From assembly GCA_000165425.1 (NCBI GenBank), contig CT868252.1, forward strand, positions 434,001 through 498,000: a stretch of 64,000 nucleotides of DNA, in the 5' to 3' direction. The DNA comes from Paramecium tetraurelia. Taxonomy: Eukaryota. The notes under the pieces are model-generated. The model was given only the letters and a program-made list of their open reading frames with translations. It ran no database searches and was not told where the DNA came from. This document shows, piece after piece, positions 41,001 to 53,794 of the stretch (position 1 is the stretch's first letter; the number at the start of each line of letters is the position of its first letter). The position numbers were made by a program, and so were the translations under genes.

Positions 41001-41662
41001 AATAGTAGTAATTCAAGAGGATGGAATCTCCAAGACATGATTAGATCGACATCTCATTTGAAAAGCAGCAGAGATCTAATATTAGTTTGACATTCAGTTT
41101 GAATGACCCCTTCTACAGTTCTGACATCAGGGAGGACGAGAAGTCGATTGATTAGTCTCATGACAATGCGAAGGAGAACAATGTGTCTAATTATGATTAA
41201 AATGAAATCTTCCTGTTTGATAGGAGCATCAGTTCGATAATCAATTTGAATGATTTGTTGGCTGATATTGATCAAGACAAGAAGATTAATGAAAAGAGGA
41301 AGTCGAGACATTCGAACAGAAACAATTCGGTTGAGTTGAATTCAGAGAAGAGTCAGAAGAGTCGGAGAGATGATAATCAAAATCCGAAAAAGTTGAAAAT
41401 CTATCATCGGATGAGCAAGGAAGAGAACATCAAGAAATCTTTCACCAAGGAACTCTTGTCGTACTTGTTTCCAGCCATACAGGAATGGCAAGAACAATAG
41501 GCGAATTATAAGCGATGGTTTTTGAAGGCTCAAGCCATGATAAAGAAGCAGTATAAGTAGGATTAGCAGGAACAATAATTGATGGATGTTGACCCACCTG
41601 AAATTAACTTGTATGTACCCAAAGATGAAACAGAGAATGAAAATGTCTATACAGAGCATTGA
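38025..41662 (+). CDS. N-acylated (MGCG) protein with C2-like N-terminal region and DUF1765-like C-terminal helical domain
   Basis: MGCGLKK; NPNPHWRQTF; IPTDFNYQFLMKGL..ISKALQLIFNIF..FFKFFMFWSKLVRFVFQHFLIYRI resembles DUF1765 from memory. Confidence 0.7.
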
Positions 41663-41784
41663 CTAAATTTATTATCTTGAACATAAATTCTAAATTAAAT
41701 TATTACATTTTTGCATTCATATACTCTAAATTCAATAATATATAGCACTAATAATAAATTAACAAACAAATAATCGTAGAATAT

Positions 41785-42618
41785 ATGTCTGATAACAGCA
41801 GCGAAGAAAATTCAACAAGTAGTCGTGAAATAAATATGCAGCAAATGTCTGTAATCCATTAGTTTCTTATCCATTTATCTTTAGATTAAGCTCTACGTTG
41901 AGATGATCGATGCCAAAGACAACTCATCAACTTACATAGAGTACTTCCCTTCATTTGATTTGGGTAAGATGATCCAACCAAATGGGATCAATATTTTCAA
42001 ATTGACACACAAACTCAAAGAATTAGGAATTTAATTGGAAGGCCGCACTATAGCCTACTATAGTTACGACTGTGAAATGTATATCAATTGTGGAATGGAT
42101 CCTGTTCATTGCTCATATGTGATTCCCTTTGAGGAGATCAAATTAAACAATTAATTACGGATCAAATGCCTTTAAACTGCCATTTCCCTTATACATTTAG
42201 TCATGTCCGAGGAAATGAACGAGAAGGTCAATAAAATGAAGGAACAAGATGGCAACGATCAATAGAATCTCTAACAGCAGGGCTAGGAGAACTAGAAACA
42301 ATGCAGAAGAACAAAGGAAAGAAGGATTGGATACATCATAGAGAAGGTTTCGAAATGGAGGGAATACTACAGTGTAAGATTTCATCTCTACTCAAGGGCA
42401 TCATGATTGATGGAGAGAGTAAACGATTTACACTAGAAGAAGCTGCATAAAAGGTCAATATTTCAAAAAAGAGTTTGGACGACTATTTGTTGTAAATTAG
42501 ATACGGCAGAAAATTTGGATTCAATTTCAATGAGCATAAGAATGAGAAGGTTGGAGTCCTAAGAGCCTTTGTTAAAAAGAACAACTGCACCAAAAAGAAG
42601 AAGATCAAGACAGAATGA
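41785..42618 (+). CDS. Ciliate-type putative helix-turn-helix DNA-binding protein
   Basis: RRTKERRIGYIIEKVSKWREYY...TLEEAAQKVNISKKSLDDYLLQIRYGRKFGFNFNEHKNEKVGVLRAFVKK; two tiny introns; basic C-terminus. Confidence 0.75.
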
Positions 42619-42655
42619 TTATTATGAAGATTACATATATAAATTTATTATACAA

Positions 42656-44387
42656 TCAATTTTTCTTTAATAATAAACTTTATATCATCCCCTTTTCTTA
42701 CATATACTTATAGATTAATTATTTTAAAACACTTTTATCTACAATAGTAAATAATAATAATTCATTCTTCTTATCAAATGCTTAAGTGGCCATCAAAGTT
42801 TAAAACTTAGATGACTTCACTTTAATTTTTAATACCCTCCATTTCCTTACATATAAATTTTTTATTTCTTTATAATAGTTATTTACAATTACACCTTATA
42901 CCTTACTAACAATTTTAAATATGAATATACATGTCTAAATACGGTGATTTCACAATCTCCTCCTCAATATGGTAGTTAATTATTGTCTTTTACATTTACA
43001 TTTTGATCTATTTTACTTCTAAAATAAGAAATCAACATGATAATTACTTTCCTAATCTTCCTTTTTTATTTCCATGTAAATTTGATTCCAATACTTATTC
43101 CAAAGCATGATGATCCTATTGGCATACGCTTAGACCCTCTTTCGATAATTCCTATAAACCTCGATGATCTTCCTCATTCTTCTCTTAAATTGATAAGTTT
43201 TCTAAAAGATCTCTCCAATTTACCCATAACTCATCATAAAAGTATGCACAATCCTTTTTGCCTTCTTTTTCGCCCCCTTCTCCTTAACCTTCGATAACAT
43301 TCTTAATATCAGAAGGCCTTGGAAAAGAGTTCTTTGAAATATATCTCTTCCAGACTTTTGCAACATCTTTTATAACACCTTTCTGACTCTATATTGTCTT
43401 CTTTTTTTAATTGACGACTTAAATTGGAATATGATATTATCCTAAAGATTAGATGGATCGTTTTTACATAATATCTCTTTTTGATGATGGACACCAATTA
43501 AATGAAATAGAGATTCTGAAGCCACAACTTTTATTGGACCTTTAGAAAGATATCAATATTATTTCTGTAGAGAATGATCTCCTTCAATATCTTTTTCTTC
43601 TCTTGGAACTCAAAGCGCTCCTTTAAGGTTTCTTTCTTTTCCTCGAAGATTTGCTTTTTTTTATGCAGAGTCTCTGAGAGTTTCCGAGCTGACTGAACCC
43701 TTTTTAGATTCTGCTAAAGTTTAATTTTGTCAGGCTAATATTATTCAATATTCTTGTTTAGCGATATCATATCTTTGGATGGTTTCCTTGTGAAGAAGAA
43801 TTAAGATGACCTTGTGAATTGATAACCTGTGGATGGTCTTAATTTGGATTCCGTTTCCATTTTCTACTGCTATTACGGTTTAATTCCAAATGAAGCCTTG
43901 GCGTAAATCGTGGTTGCTTATTGAGAAAAGATTGCCAGATACAAACAACGTTGGGCGAAGAGTATGTGCTCACCCTATTCTGTATATCTAAGAATTTGTT
44001 TCCTTTCGAAAGATTCCTCATTGTTAAACCTGTTTGGAGTTATGGTGTGACTTGAGATGTAAAATTTCATTTTGGCTTAATCGGTGAATTAGAAATCTAC
44101 TATTTATCATGATTTGTACAAATTACAAGAGGCTTTTTGTGACCAAATAACGGCACTTCGATATAATGGAATTGACAAAGGTCAAGCTAAATGACATTGG
44201 TTAAACGCACATCCATGATGGCTCTTTCTTTATGAATATATTGAATATCCGTCTGTTTGCGCTATGTGTTCATAAATGCAGGTGTCGACAACGAAAGATT
44301 ATCAGAAAATATTTGTTTAATTTTGCGTTCTTCAAGTTTTTGGATCATTTAGAAATTGTCATCATACTTCTCATAATTTTAATTCAT
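42656..44387 (-). CDS. Hypothetical protein (N-terminal beta-rich domain, basic coiled-coil C-terminus)
   Basis: ATG 44387; FHYIEVPLFGHKKPL..MKFYISSHTITPNRFNNEE..LYLAIFS; TGA 42656-42658. Confidence 0.7.
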
Positions 44388-44709
44388 TAATAAATAAAAT
44401 TGACACACATAAAGAACATAAATAGATTAAGTTAAATAAGCAAAGTTTACATCATTACTAATGAAGACTGGAATTGTAATTGATGAGCAATTTTCCTTTA
44501 TTGTTGAGGTACTTATTTGCTTATATTTTATGTATTCAGTATTTTAAGAATAGATGAAATTAGAATTATTTAAATGCTGAATCATTTGATATAGTTGTTT
44601 TAGTTTGAAAAATAATCATTCTTGTTCAAATTATCAGTTATTAGTTTTTATGTATTATAGGCAGAAGTCTTATAATTGTAAATATTCTTAAAGGACATCT
44701 TAAGTTCGA

Positions 44710-44859
44710 NNNNNNNNNNNNNNNNNNNNNNNNNNNNNNNNNNNNNNNNNNNNNNNNNNNNNNNNNNNNNNNNNNNNNNNNNNNNNNNNNNNNNNNNNNN
44801 NNNNNNNNNNNNNNNNNNNNNNNNNNNNNNNNNNNNNNNNNNNNNNNNNNNNNNNNNNN
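44710..44859. other. Assembly gap (150 N)
   Basis: Run of n characters. Confidence 1.
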
Positions 44860-47503
44860 AAAGAGAGGTAATTATTTGAATATTACTTCTTTAGATTTGA
44901 AACCTATCCTTACTATGCCATTGAATTTGATAGGTTTTGCAAAGTTGTGTAACATAGTGGAATTTAATTATCGCACGATGATATTTACCAATTGGCAGAA
45001 ATCACTGATTCTCTAAGGGAAAATAAAAGGTTTGGCTATTATTTAATATACGATCGATTATTATTATCCATCAGATAGGCAGCTTTGACTTAAGAGGAAA
45101 TTGAAGAAGTAAAGGGTCAATATAATACTGATGAGAAAGAAGCTGATTAAGACTTGATTATTTACACAAGAGGCATATCAAGATAAAAGCAAGAAATGGA
45201 ACATAACTTCAGTTTCTTTGAATAGTTGACAGTGTTGGTAGGATCAGAGAATGAAGCATTCAAGTACAATATCAATTATCTTTTGGCTTACTTTGTAAAC
45301 AATGATGAATTTGTGTAAAAATTAACAGCAGTCTATGTTCACAAAGAAACAGGACAGGAAGTAGAAATCGAAGGAGTTGATCTATTCTCTTATGATCAAG
45401 ATAAGATTTTCTAATAGAAACTTAATATTTCTGAAGAAACTTAACCTAAGTATTTCAGAGTTCATTACAATGGTGAAAATATGGCTATGATATCGTTCAA
45501 AACACATGAAGCTGAAGAGACATTTAGAATCGACAAAACATTTTCTTACAGAGAAGGATAGGATGCAACTGGTTAATTGGAGACCTATGCTTTTGAGTAA
45601 TTAAGGTTGGCTGGATTCAGAGGTAGAATAGTCAAGAAAGATGAGTATTCTCAAATAATCATGTTAGCTGCTGAATATCTTTAAAAGGATCCGAAAGTAG
45701 AAGAACAAAAAAGAAACCAACCAGAAACATTGCCATAATTACCAGAAAATTGGAATCAAGGGAAATTCCAACTCATCATTAATAGATGTTCTGATTGTGA
45801 AAAACATAAGACAACTACTTGGCATAATGAGGCTGATTTCGCCAATAAATTTAATGAAATTGGATAAATTTTAAAAGATTTATTCCCAAACATAGAAGTA
45901 ATAGGAAATTGGGATAAAACACAACAATTAGAGCATTTTGATGTTTATATTAGAGGAGTGGGCTAATTAAGTTAGATGGATAAAGAAGGGAGAGTATTTT
46001 TGTTTAGAAAGAACGAAAAGTTGGCTAAATTCTTGGATTGCTTCTTGAAGAGAATGTTAAAGGTCTATGATGATATTGTATTAATTGCTTAGGCCTATGG
46101 AGATACAAACTATCTGGCAAACAAATAGGAATAGTTCTTAAGAACCAATAATTACTCATAAAGATCTAAGATAGCTCATGATCACCCATGCAATATACCT
46201 GACAAATAAGAGAAATCAGAAAAGGGAGAAGCCTAATATGCTGGTTCTGATTTCATTTGTAAGAATTGGGGTTGTGGATAACCATATAAATTTGATTCAA
46301 CTCCGAATGGTATTAAAACATGTAAACATCACCCTGGTAGATATGAATTCGGATCTAAACATGGATTATGGCCAGAATGTTGGACATGTTGCGGTAAAAA
46401 GTGGGAAGCTGAGGGCTGTAAATTAGAATATCACAAGGGTGTTCCTGAAAAAGACTTATATAATATTTGTATCAATGTAGGTCCCTTGGATCCAAGAACT
46501 GGTTATCCTGAAGGCACTTGTGGAATGAGATTCTAAGATGGGGATTCTTCAGAATGTAAATATAACTCTGGAACTCATCAAGCTGCCAAATGGCCTGATC
46601 CTGCAGCCAAAGTCTATTTTGTACAAAAAATTACACATTGTAATTATAATTTGTTAATATATATATAGAATCCTGCTTAGAAAGAAAAGGAGACTCAGCC
46701 AAATAAAAACATTCAAATTAGACCAGATGTATTCAGAGAGACTAAACCTTATAATGAGTTTATTAATAAGGATAGATAGAGATAAATGAAATTGATTGAG
46801 ACTGAGAAGGAATTAAGAATATGTACAAATTGGGCATGTGGAAAACAATATAGAGAGATTGAAAATAGAAAAAAGAATATGTGTAGATGTCACCCAGGAG
46901 TGTTTGATTTTGGACACACTGCTACTAAAATTTAAGAAGCTATTGAAGAATATAAATAAGAAAAAGGATCCAAAATTCTATGGAAACCTCAGTAAATATG
47001 ATCTCTATTTAAATTAGTTGGACTTGTTGTCGTAAATCTTGGAATGAACCAGGATGTCTTTTATCAAAACACTCAGGACCTTTAGTTATTGAATATAAGG
47101 CAAATAAATACTAGTGGCCAGATCCAAAAGCTTAAATCTATTTTAAAAAGAAGGTATCAGATATATTGGAAAAAAATGCTTGAATAAAGTCATAGTCTGA
47201 CACCTGAAACAGCCAGTTTGAAATATGATCTATTGTGCAAGACTTTAGGATCTGGAGGAGTAAAAATATTTAATATTCTCTTAGTAAATTTCTGTTTATA
47301 AACTGCCTGAATTATGTGATAAATTCGAACTTAATCTTTGGGTTTGTAGTGAAGACTTGGCATTTTAATTTAAATTTACAGATATCATGGAAGGTAGAGC
47401 TCAGGAATATTTGGCAGACACAAGTGGAAATATTGATAAACATAAATTCTTAGATTGGTGGTTTGCTGATGTCAATAGGATGTTAGAAATTTCATCAAAA
47501 TGA
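44860..47503 (+). CDS. Multidomain protein: jacalin-like, Rdx (SelT/W-like CxxC) and two CHORD/Btk-like zinc fingers; 5' end lies in the gap; apparent +1 frameshift near 47165
   Basis: RCSDCEKHKTTTWHNEADF..FPNIEVIGN..EHFDVYIRG; CKNWGC-x15-CKHHPG..WTCC..GC..H; CTNWAC-x14-CRCHPG..WTCC..GC..H. Confidence 0.75.
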
Positions 47504-47822
47504 TTTATTATGCATATAAAATAAGAAATATATATATGATTAATATATCATTTTGTATCTTTGAAGTTCAATTTTGATGCTAAGCAATAACTTTGCAGTT
47601 TTATCATTTTAGCTTATTATTAGATGAAGATTTTAGGTGTGAATTTATGAGTTTGCACATCATAATATGAAAAACTAGAACAATTAATTTATAATCGTAA
47701 AGGAATGTGAGAAGATTAAGAGAATTTCAAATAAGATTAACAATTTTATTTTTATATATGTTTTAGGATTAGTGGTGTTATAAACAGAAGAACATAAATT
47801 TAATAATTATAATCGTTAAAAA

Positions 47823-48483
47823 ATGCACAACGCTGTGATTACTATTCCTTAACATGGAAATGGCAGACTCTATAAAACTTCAATTTGCAGACACTTTGAA
47901 TTAGGTAACTGCTCAATTGGAGAGAAATGTCAATTTGCACATGGCTAAAAAGAATTGAGAAATCCCCAATGGTATTATCAAGATTTTACTCTAGATCCAA
48001 TATTGGGTAAGATACCAACCATCGATTCGAATATAGTTATCACAAATTATAAGAGTACCAATTAATTAATATATTACAGCTGTGTTATGCAAATATGATT
48101 AATAAGGATTTTGTAAGAATGGAGTGAATTGTCCATATGCTCATGGAACTAATGAAAAGAAACAAGCTCGATTGGCTCCTGTGTAGTTGAAACAAATGTA
48201 AGAAAACAAAGAGAATGGTGATGATGAAAATGTTGTTAAATTTCTGAATTAATTGACTGATAAATTAATGAAAACTGATGCTTTTAAAAATGACAAGGTA
48301 TTTTATTTGAAACTATCTAAAAAGCAAGTTTTAGGTTAACTAAAACAAACTCAAGTAATGATCGAAGAAAAGCACCATAGAGATGCAGCTGAATAGTTAT
48401 CATTAGTTTTATCTTCTCCCTCAAGATCCTCCAAGTAATAAAAGGCTTATGAAACAGTATACAAATCTTTAACATTGAATTGA
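47823..48483 (+). CDS. Tandem CCCH zinc-finger (TIS11/TTP-like) RNA-binding protein
   Basis: [26 protein letters not shown] and [24 protein letters not shown]. Confidence 0.9.
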
Positions 48484-48611
48484 ATTGAAATATTTATAAA
48501 TATCTATTTAATTTACATCTTCTATATTAATCTTAAAGATATAAAACTTAGATCAAATTATCATTATTAATTAACATTGAAATAATTATATATATAATAT
48601 TAACAACATCT

Positions 48612-51367
48612 TCAAAGAGATAAAAATTCTTTATTCTAGAGTAGCTTCTCTACGTCATCCATCTGCTTTGCATCACCTTTAATCATAATCAAATTTAAAA
48701 TATCAGCTATTCGCTATTTCTAAGACATAATCTGTTCTTGAGCCTTCATCAATTCTTGGTCACTGAATTCTGCTATATTCTTAAATTAATGAATTCGATT
48801 ACTTTTTAGATTTCTAATTGCTTTGTTAAAGCTTCAATTAGAACCTTATCCTTATTCTACTCGATTTCTAAACGAATCATTTAAATCAATACTTAATGAA
48901 GCATTTTCGTATTTCAAATTTTCGCCTTGGTTATCCAGATCATCTCCTCTAAAACTAGACCCTTTGAAATTAGTTTCTTACTAATATATGGAATTCTATT
49001 TAGATTGCCTAATGTAAATATGAAACTTACTAGAAAGATGATTGCTATTCATTTTGTGTTTGAGACATCATTTATCTTAGGTATTAATTGTCACTTTATA
49101 GTTTCTCGATATCCTCTGAAAGATCATTCACTTTTTTATTTAATTTTTGCTCTATTTCCTGTTTCAATTCAGATTCCGATTACAATTCCTATTCTAAAAC
49201 TTAAATTTATTTTTTCATTTCTTTGATGCCTTCTTCCTAATCCAAAATTTCTTATTCTTTCTTTTTTATAACCTATTTATAACCATCAATAATATCTCCT
49301 ATGTTATCTTTATTATTCAAAGCTTAGGTTCTGATAATATCTTATTTCTTTTCTTCAAGTTGTTCCTTCAATTTTGTAATCTCATCTTCCAAAGATTATA
49401 TTATTTGATTGAAATTGCCAATTTATTTTTTTTAATTTAAATTTTCTTTTTCTAATTCCTAATACTAGATTTTAAGCAATTCTAGTTCTTCTTTTGAACG
49501 AATAGCATTAAATTCTTAGCTTTCTAATTATGCCTTCAATTAATTAATGAGTTGACTATCTGATTTGATGTTTAATTAAGCATAGCCTTCAGATCCTTAT
49601 TAAGTTTAACTATTTTGTTTTAATTCTATTTTCATCTACATGGCATCATTCTAAACTTTTTCTATTTCTTAATTTATCAACAGTAAATTGTTTTTTAGAT
49701 TATATATTTCTATTTGATTCTTTTCTTTCTCCTTTTACAATTGATTCACATTGTATTAACTCTAATCTAGTTGAGATTTAAGCATATTATTGTCTCTTTA
49801 CAGAAACTCAAGTTCCTTTTTGACTATTTCTTGATTAAATGCAGATTAATTATTCTATTCATTATTGCCATTAATTAGTTGTTACTATTGCAAAAAAGCA
49901 ATTTATTTTTAATACTACTAATTTTACAGACCCACTTATGTATACTCGTCCTTCAATTAATTATAAGTGGTTGATAAGAGTGAAAATTCAATACATGAAT
50001 TTTAATATTTGTCTTTTAAGTCTAAATATTTTTTCATTAACTCATCATACTTATCAGAGTTATTTGAATAATTATTGAACTAATTATTATTGATCAGATC
50101 CTCTTATTGTTGTGTTTTACTTCTTTAGGATAATTACTATTGCAATTCTTTGGGTTTTGGTGAACCCTTTTGGAAATCCAAATTGCTAACATTTTATTTG
50201 ATTCCTTGCTTGGAGGTTTAAGGATCGTTTAGAGATTTAATTAACTAATCAGAAACCTAATATTATTGAGTGGGAGGTTAGATTTGACTATTGTACATAA
50301 ATTGATAATCTTTGGAGTCTTTTTGTTCTACAAAGGATTGATAATGGAGCGATCTTTATTTGATTCCTTTTTCAGATTGACTATTGGTATGCTCTTCATT
50401 TGAACCGTTTCTATAATCATCACATTAACGTTATTTTAATTTTTAATTTAATTTGGAAGAATATTTTTTTTTCTCCTCTTCTTTATTATCATTATTCATT
50501 TATTATAATTGCTTGTCTACCTTACTTAATTTTTCGTTTATCATTCTTAATTCATAATCTTATTGTCTTTGAGAATTCAAAGTATTGGTAGGACTTTGAA
50601 ATTTTTTATTTGTCTTTGTAGGTGTGCCAAATCTCTTTGGAGGAGAAACAACCCTCACCTAAGCATCTGGCTTTCTTAATGTATCAGACCAATTGTAATT
50701 GCAATCATCAACGATTACCACTTTTTGTGGATGCTTTGGTTCCTTTAATTTTCGTTCCAACTGATTTTTTAAGTATTCTTTATGATCCTTCCACTGAGAA
50801 TACGTTACATGAGTAGTCCTCTTTTCATTTTCATCTCCAATTTTCTTTGATTAAGCCAACCTTTTGGGGCTTTATCCAACATTTCGCTGCGTGTTTTAAG
50901 GACTATTGCCTGAAAGATAAGGGTTAATGATTTTAGGATTGTTATCTGCAGGTTTTTCAATGAATTACCATTCAAACATGAATGTTAATTGAGCTTCTTC
51001 ATTCTGTTCGCTCTAAATGGATAGTTTATCGGACAACTATTAGAATTTGTTCTCAATATAAAAGTCCAGATCAAAGACAGCCTCTCCGAATTTGCTTTGA
51101 TTTTCGAAAAAGATTAATTTAAGCTTGCATAATGAGTGAAAATTACCTTTTTCTTGTTCTTTGGATCATAAGGCGTTCTGATTTCAGCCTTCTCATAAAT
51201 ATCCTATTGTTCATAGCATTTGCATTTAAGTTAACTATTCAGCATCACTGCAGTAACAGCTACATTCAATCAAACATATTACAATCATTTAGTTGCATAT
51301 GGCAATAAGTAATGGGTGAATCTATATAAAAATAAACAGTCTGCACCTCAACATTAATTTAGAGCAT
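48612..51367 (-). CDS. NT-C2 (EEIG1/EHBP1-type)-like domain plus long Gln-rich coiled coil
   Basis: KLIFFENQSKFGEAVFDLDFYI..AQLTFMFEWQF near the N-terminus, followed by low-complexity and heptad sequence. Confidence 0.7.
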
Positions 51368-51486
51368 TCTGACTATAAATTTTATTTATAATAATAATTT
51401 ATTTCGTTATTTTTAATTTATCACATTATACTCTATCAAGACACAATTACAAATACATTCATTTAATTATATTAACAAATCACAAT

Positions 51487-53363
51487 TCAGTTAAGTGCAT
51501 CTAATTAATTTTGCATCTCCTCGCGTATCAAATCTATTTCCTTTTATTAAAAGTAATTCCACGTTCTCAAAGAGTAAGGTCCAATACCATACAAGGTATT
51601 GCATTAATGATCCAACAGTATCTTCTGAACTTGGAAATTAGGAATCGTTAACTCATCACAGTATTTCAATTTTGAAGTGACGTTATCATAAATTTTAATG
51701 ATGGAATCATTTTATTCTTAATGTAAAAACAGAATCTCCTACGTTTCTTTAGCGACAATCATATCCATGGGCTCACTTTATAACTCTTTATGAAACAGAA
51801 CTTCATTCTTTTGTGCATTCCAAAGTAAACATCTATTGGAATTCTACTTAGCATAAATGATATTGTTCGAGTTTCCAGGACTAAACAATGCCTTCAAAGC
51901 CTACTATCCATTTTATTAGAAACTGAATTGAGCAACAGTTGGATTTCTCATATCCAAATGGATAAATCCATCTGTCATAGTCACCAAAACATTATAATCA
52001 TTTACATCAATATATTTAATTTCTTAGGACTCCTACCTATTTGAATCTTACAATTATTCAAAAGTTGGGAATTGTTCATTAAAATCATCCTTGATTGAAT
52101 CCTACTCCTCATCTAATCTGAAATTCGTTTCGTTTAATAGGTTAGGGTCAATGGGATTTATTTGAGGACTTTCAATTATCGCAGATCCAAGTCTAGGTAT
52201 GAGTGGTGACAGTATAGATTTGGCTTCAATTACATTTGATTGCAACTTCTTAATTGTTAATGATAAGCACTGTCTTTCATTCATCCTTTCATCTAGAATC
52301 AATAACTCCTTAAATCAATAAATAAATCACTTACATTATTTTTTGTTCCTACATATATATTGTTTAATGATTAGGTTATGAATGTTGGTAGAGAATGCTC
52401 CTACAAGTTGCAATTATATTGATTGTTTAATCCATAATAATGATAAGCTTAATTCTTAAAGAAATTCCATCCCATGATATTACCTCTATCAGAACCAGTG
52501 ATCAACATGTCTTTGGAGATATTTTAGTCGCATATGCACAATGATATAAAATTTGAATCGCTCTCATGAATATCACAGATTTTCTCACATTTAAAAGTGT
52601 CATTTATCAATTCTAACCTTGTCAAATGATTTCCATTATTAATTATTATCCCATTTTAGTCTTTTAAAGAAATAAAATTATTTTTAGTTTTTTAGCTTTA
52701 AGCATAGGTTCCATCAAATGCTGAAAAATATTGGATGTTCTATAATCTTAATATTAAATTACTTTTCTAATTATCCTCAACTCATCCATCAGTGAATTAA
52801 ACTTCTTGTTTACCTTCGTATCCAACTTCTTTTCCTACCCTGCCAAATTTGATATGTAACTAGGAGCAATAGGTTTAGATGGTGATTCATCTGAAGATAA
52901 AATATGAATAGGCTTCTAATATTTTTATTTTGCTTTCTCTAAAAATCTCTCAAGCTTCTATATTTTTTTCAAACTCTCCTCTGTATATTTTGATTGTTTT
53001 ATCAATGCTTCCGAAAATGAAACTGGTTCTACTTGTCCACTATTGAATTATTTAGTTCCCTTGAAGAGTTACCCATTAATTGGTGTTTTAGAAAGCACTT
53101 CATCTTTTTCCTAATTGATTATTACAATCTCTTACGATTTCTTGAAATGGAACTGCCATCCTTCTGGGTGTGTTAAACATTATATTCTATTGATTATAGA
53201 CTGAATTTTTGTTGAGTTTTGCTGAAATAGTTTAAGCATGTGTGAAGCTTTAAAATTGAAATGCATTGGGAGTAGGAGATTCATCACAAGAGAATTCTGA
53301 AATTACAGAGGTTGTAGAAGACTTGGGTACGTTTAACTTAAACTTGACAGAATTGTTTTTCAT
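51487..53363 (-). CDS. WD40-like beta-propeller protein with low-complexity N-terminus
   Basis: MLITGSDRGNIMGWN, MTDGFIHLDMRN, QMFTLEC/ISFMLS-type strands; ATG 53363, TGA 51487-51489. Confidence 0.6.
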
Positions 53364-53794
53364 TTTAATTTATCTTTGTTCAAAACTAAAATCAGCTTTG
53401 TTTCTTTGAACTGAAATAGTTCAATTTTCACTAAGTTTGAATTAAATTAAATATCAATATTATTGTTACTAAAATATTTAAATTTACTACAGATGAAGTA
53501 GTCTGCAATATTTGCTCTTTCACACAGATTACCATTAAAGAATAATAGCTTGGGTTAATTGTATAATCATTGATCATATTAATAATTAAATTCAGAGGCA
53601 TTTAATAATCTCATCCTTACATGTGTTTAGATTATATATAAATTAGTTAACTACATTTTGAGTCATTGTTTTTTGTTAAATAATTATAGATGTGATAAAG
53701 CAATCATTCCTTCACTTCTGTAAATTCCATTAGATTCATCCCTTTGATTTGAGTTGTATATAATATATATTTTTTAAATAAATTTAATTTAAAT

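Noticed and set aside
53364..53794. Possible C/D snoRNA in a 430-nt divergent intergenic region
   Set aside because: A CTGA is present on the minus strand, but there is no convincing C box, terminal stem or guide.
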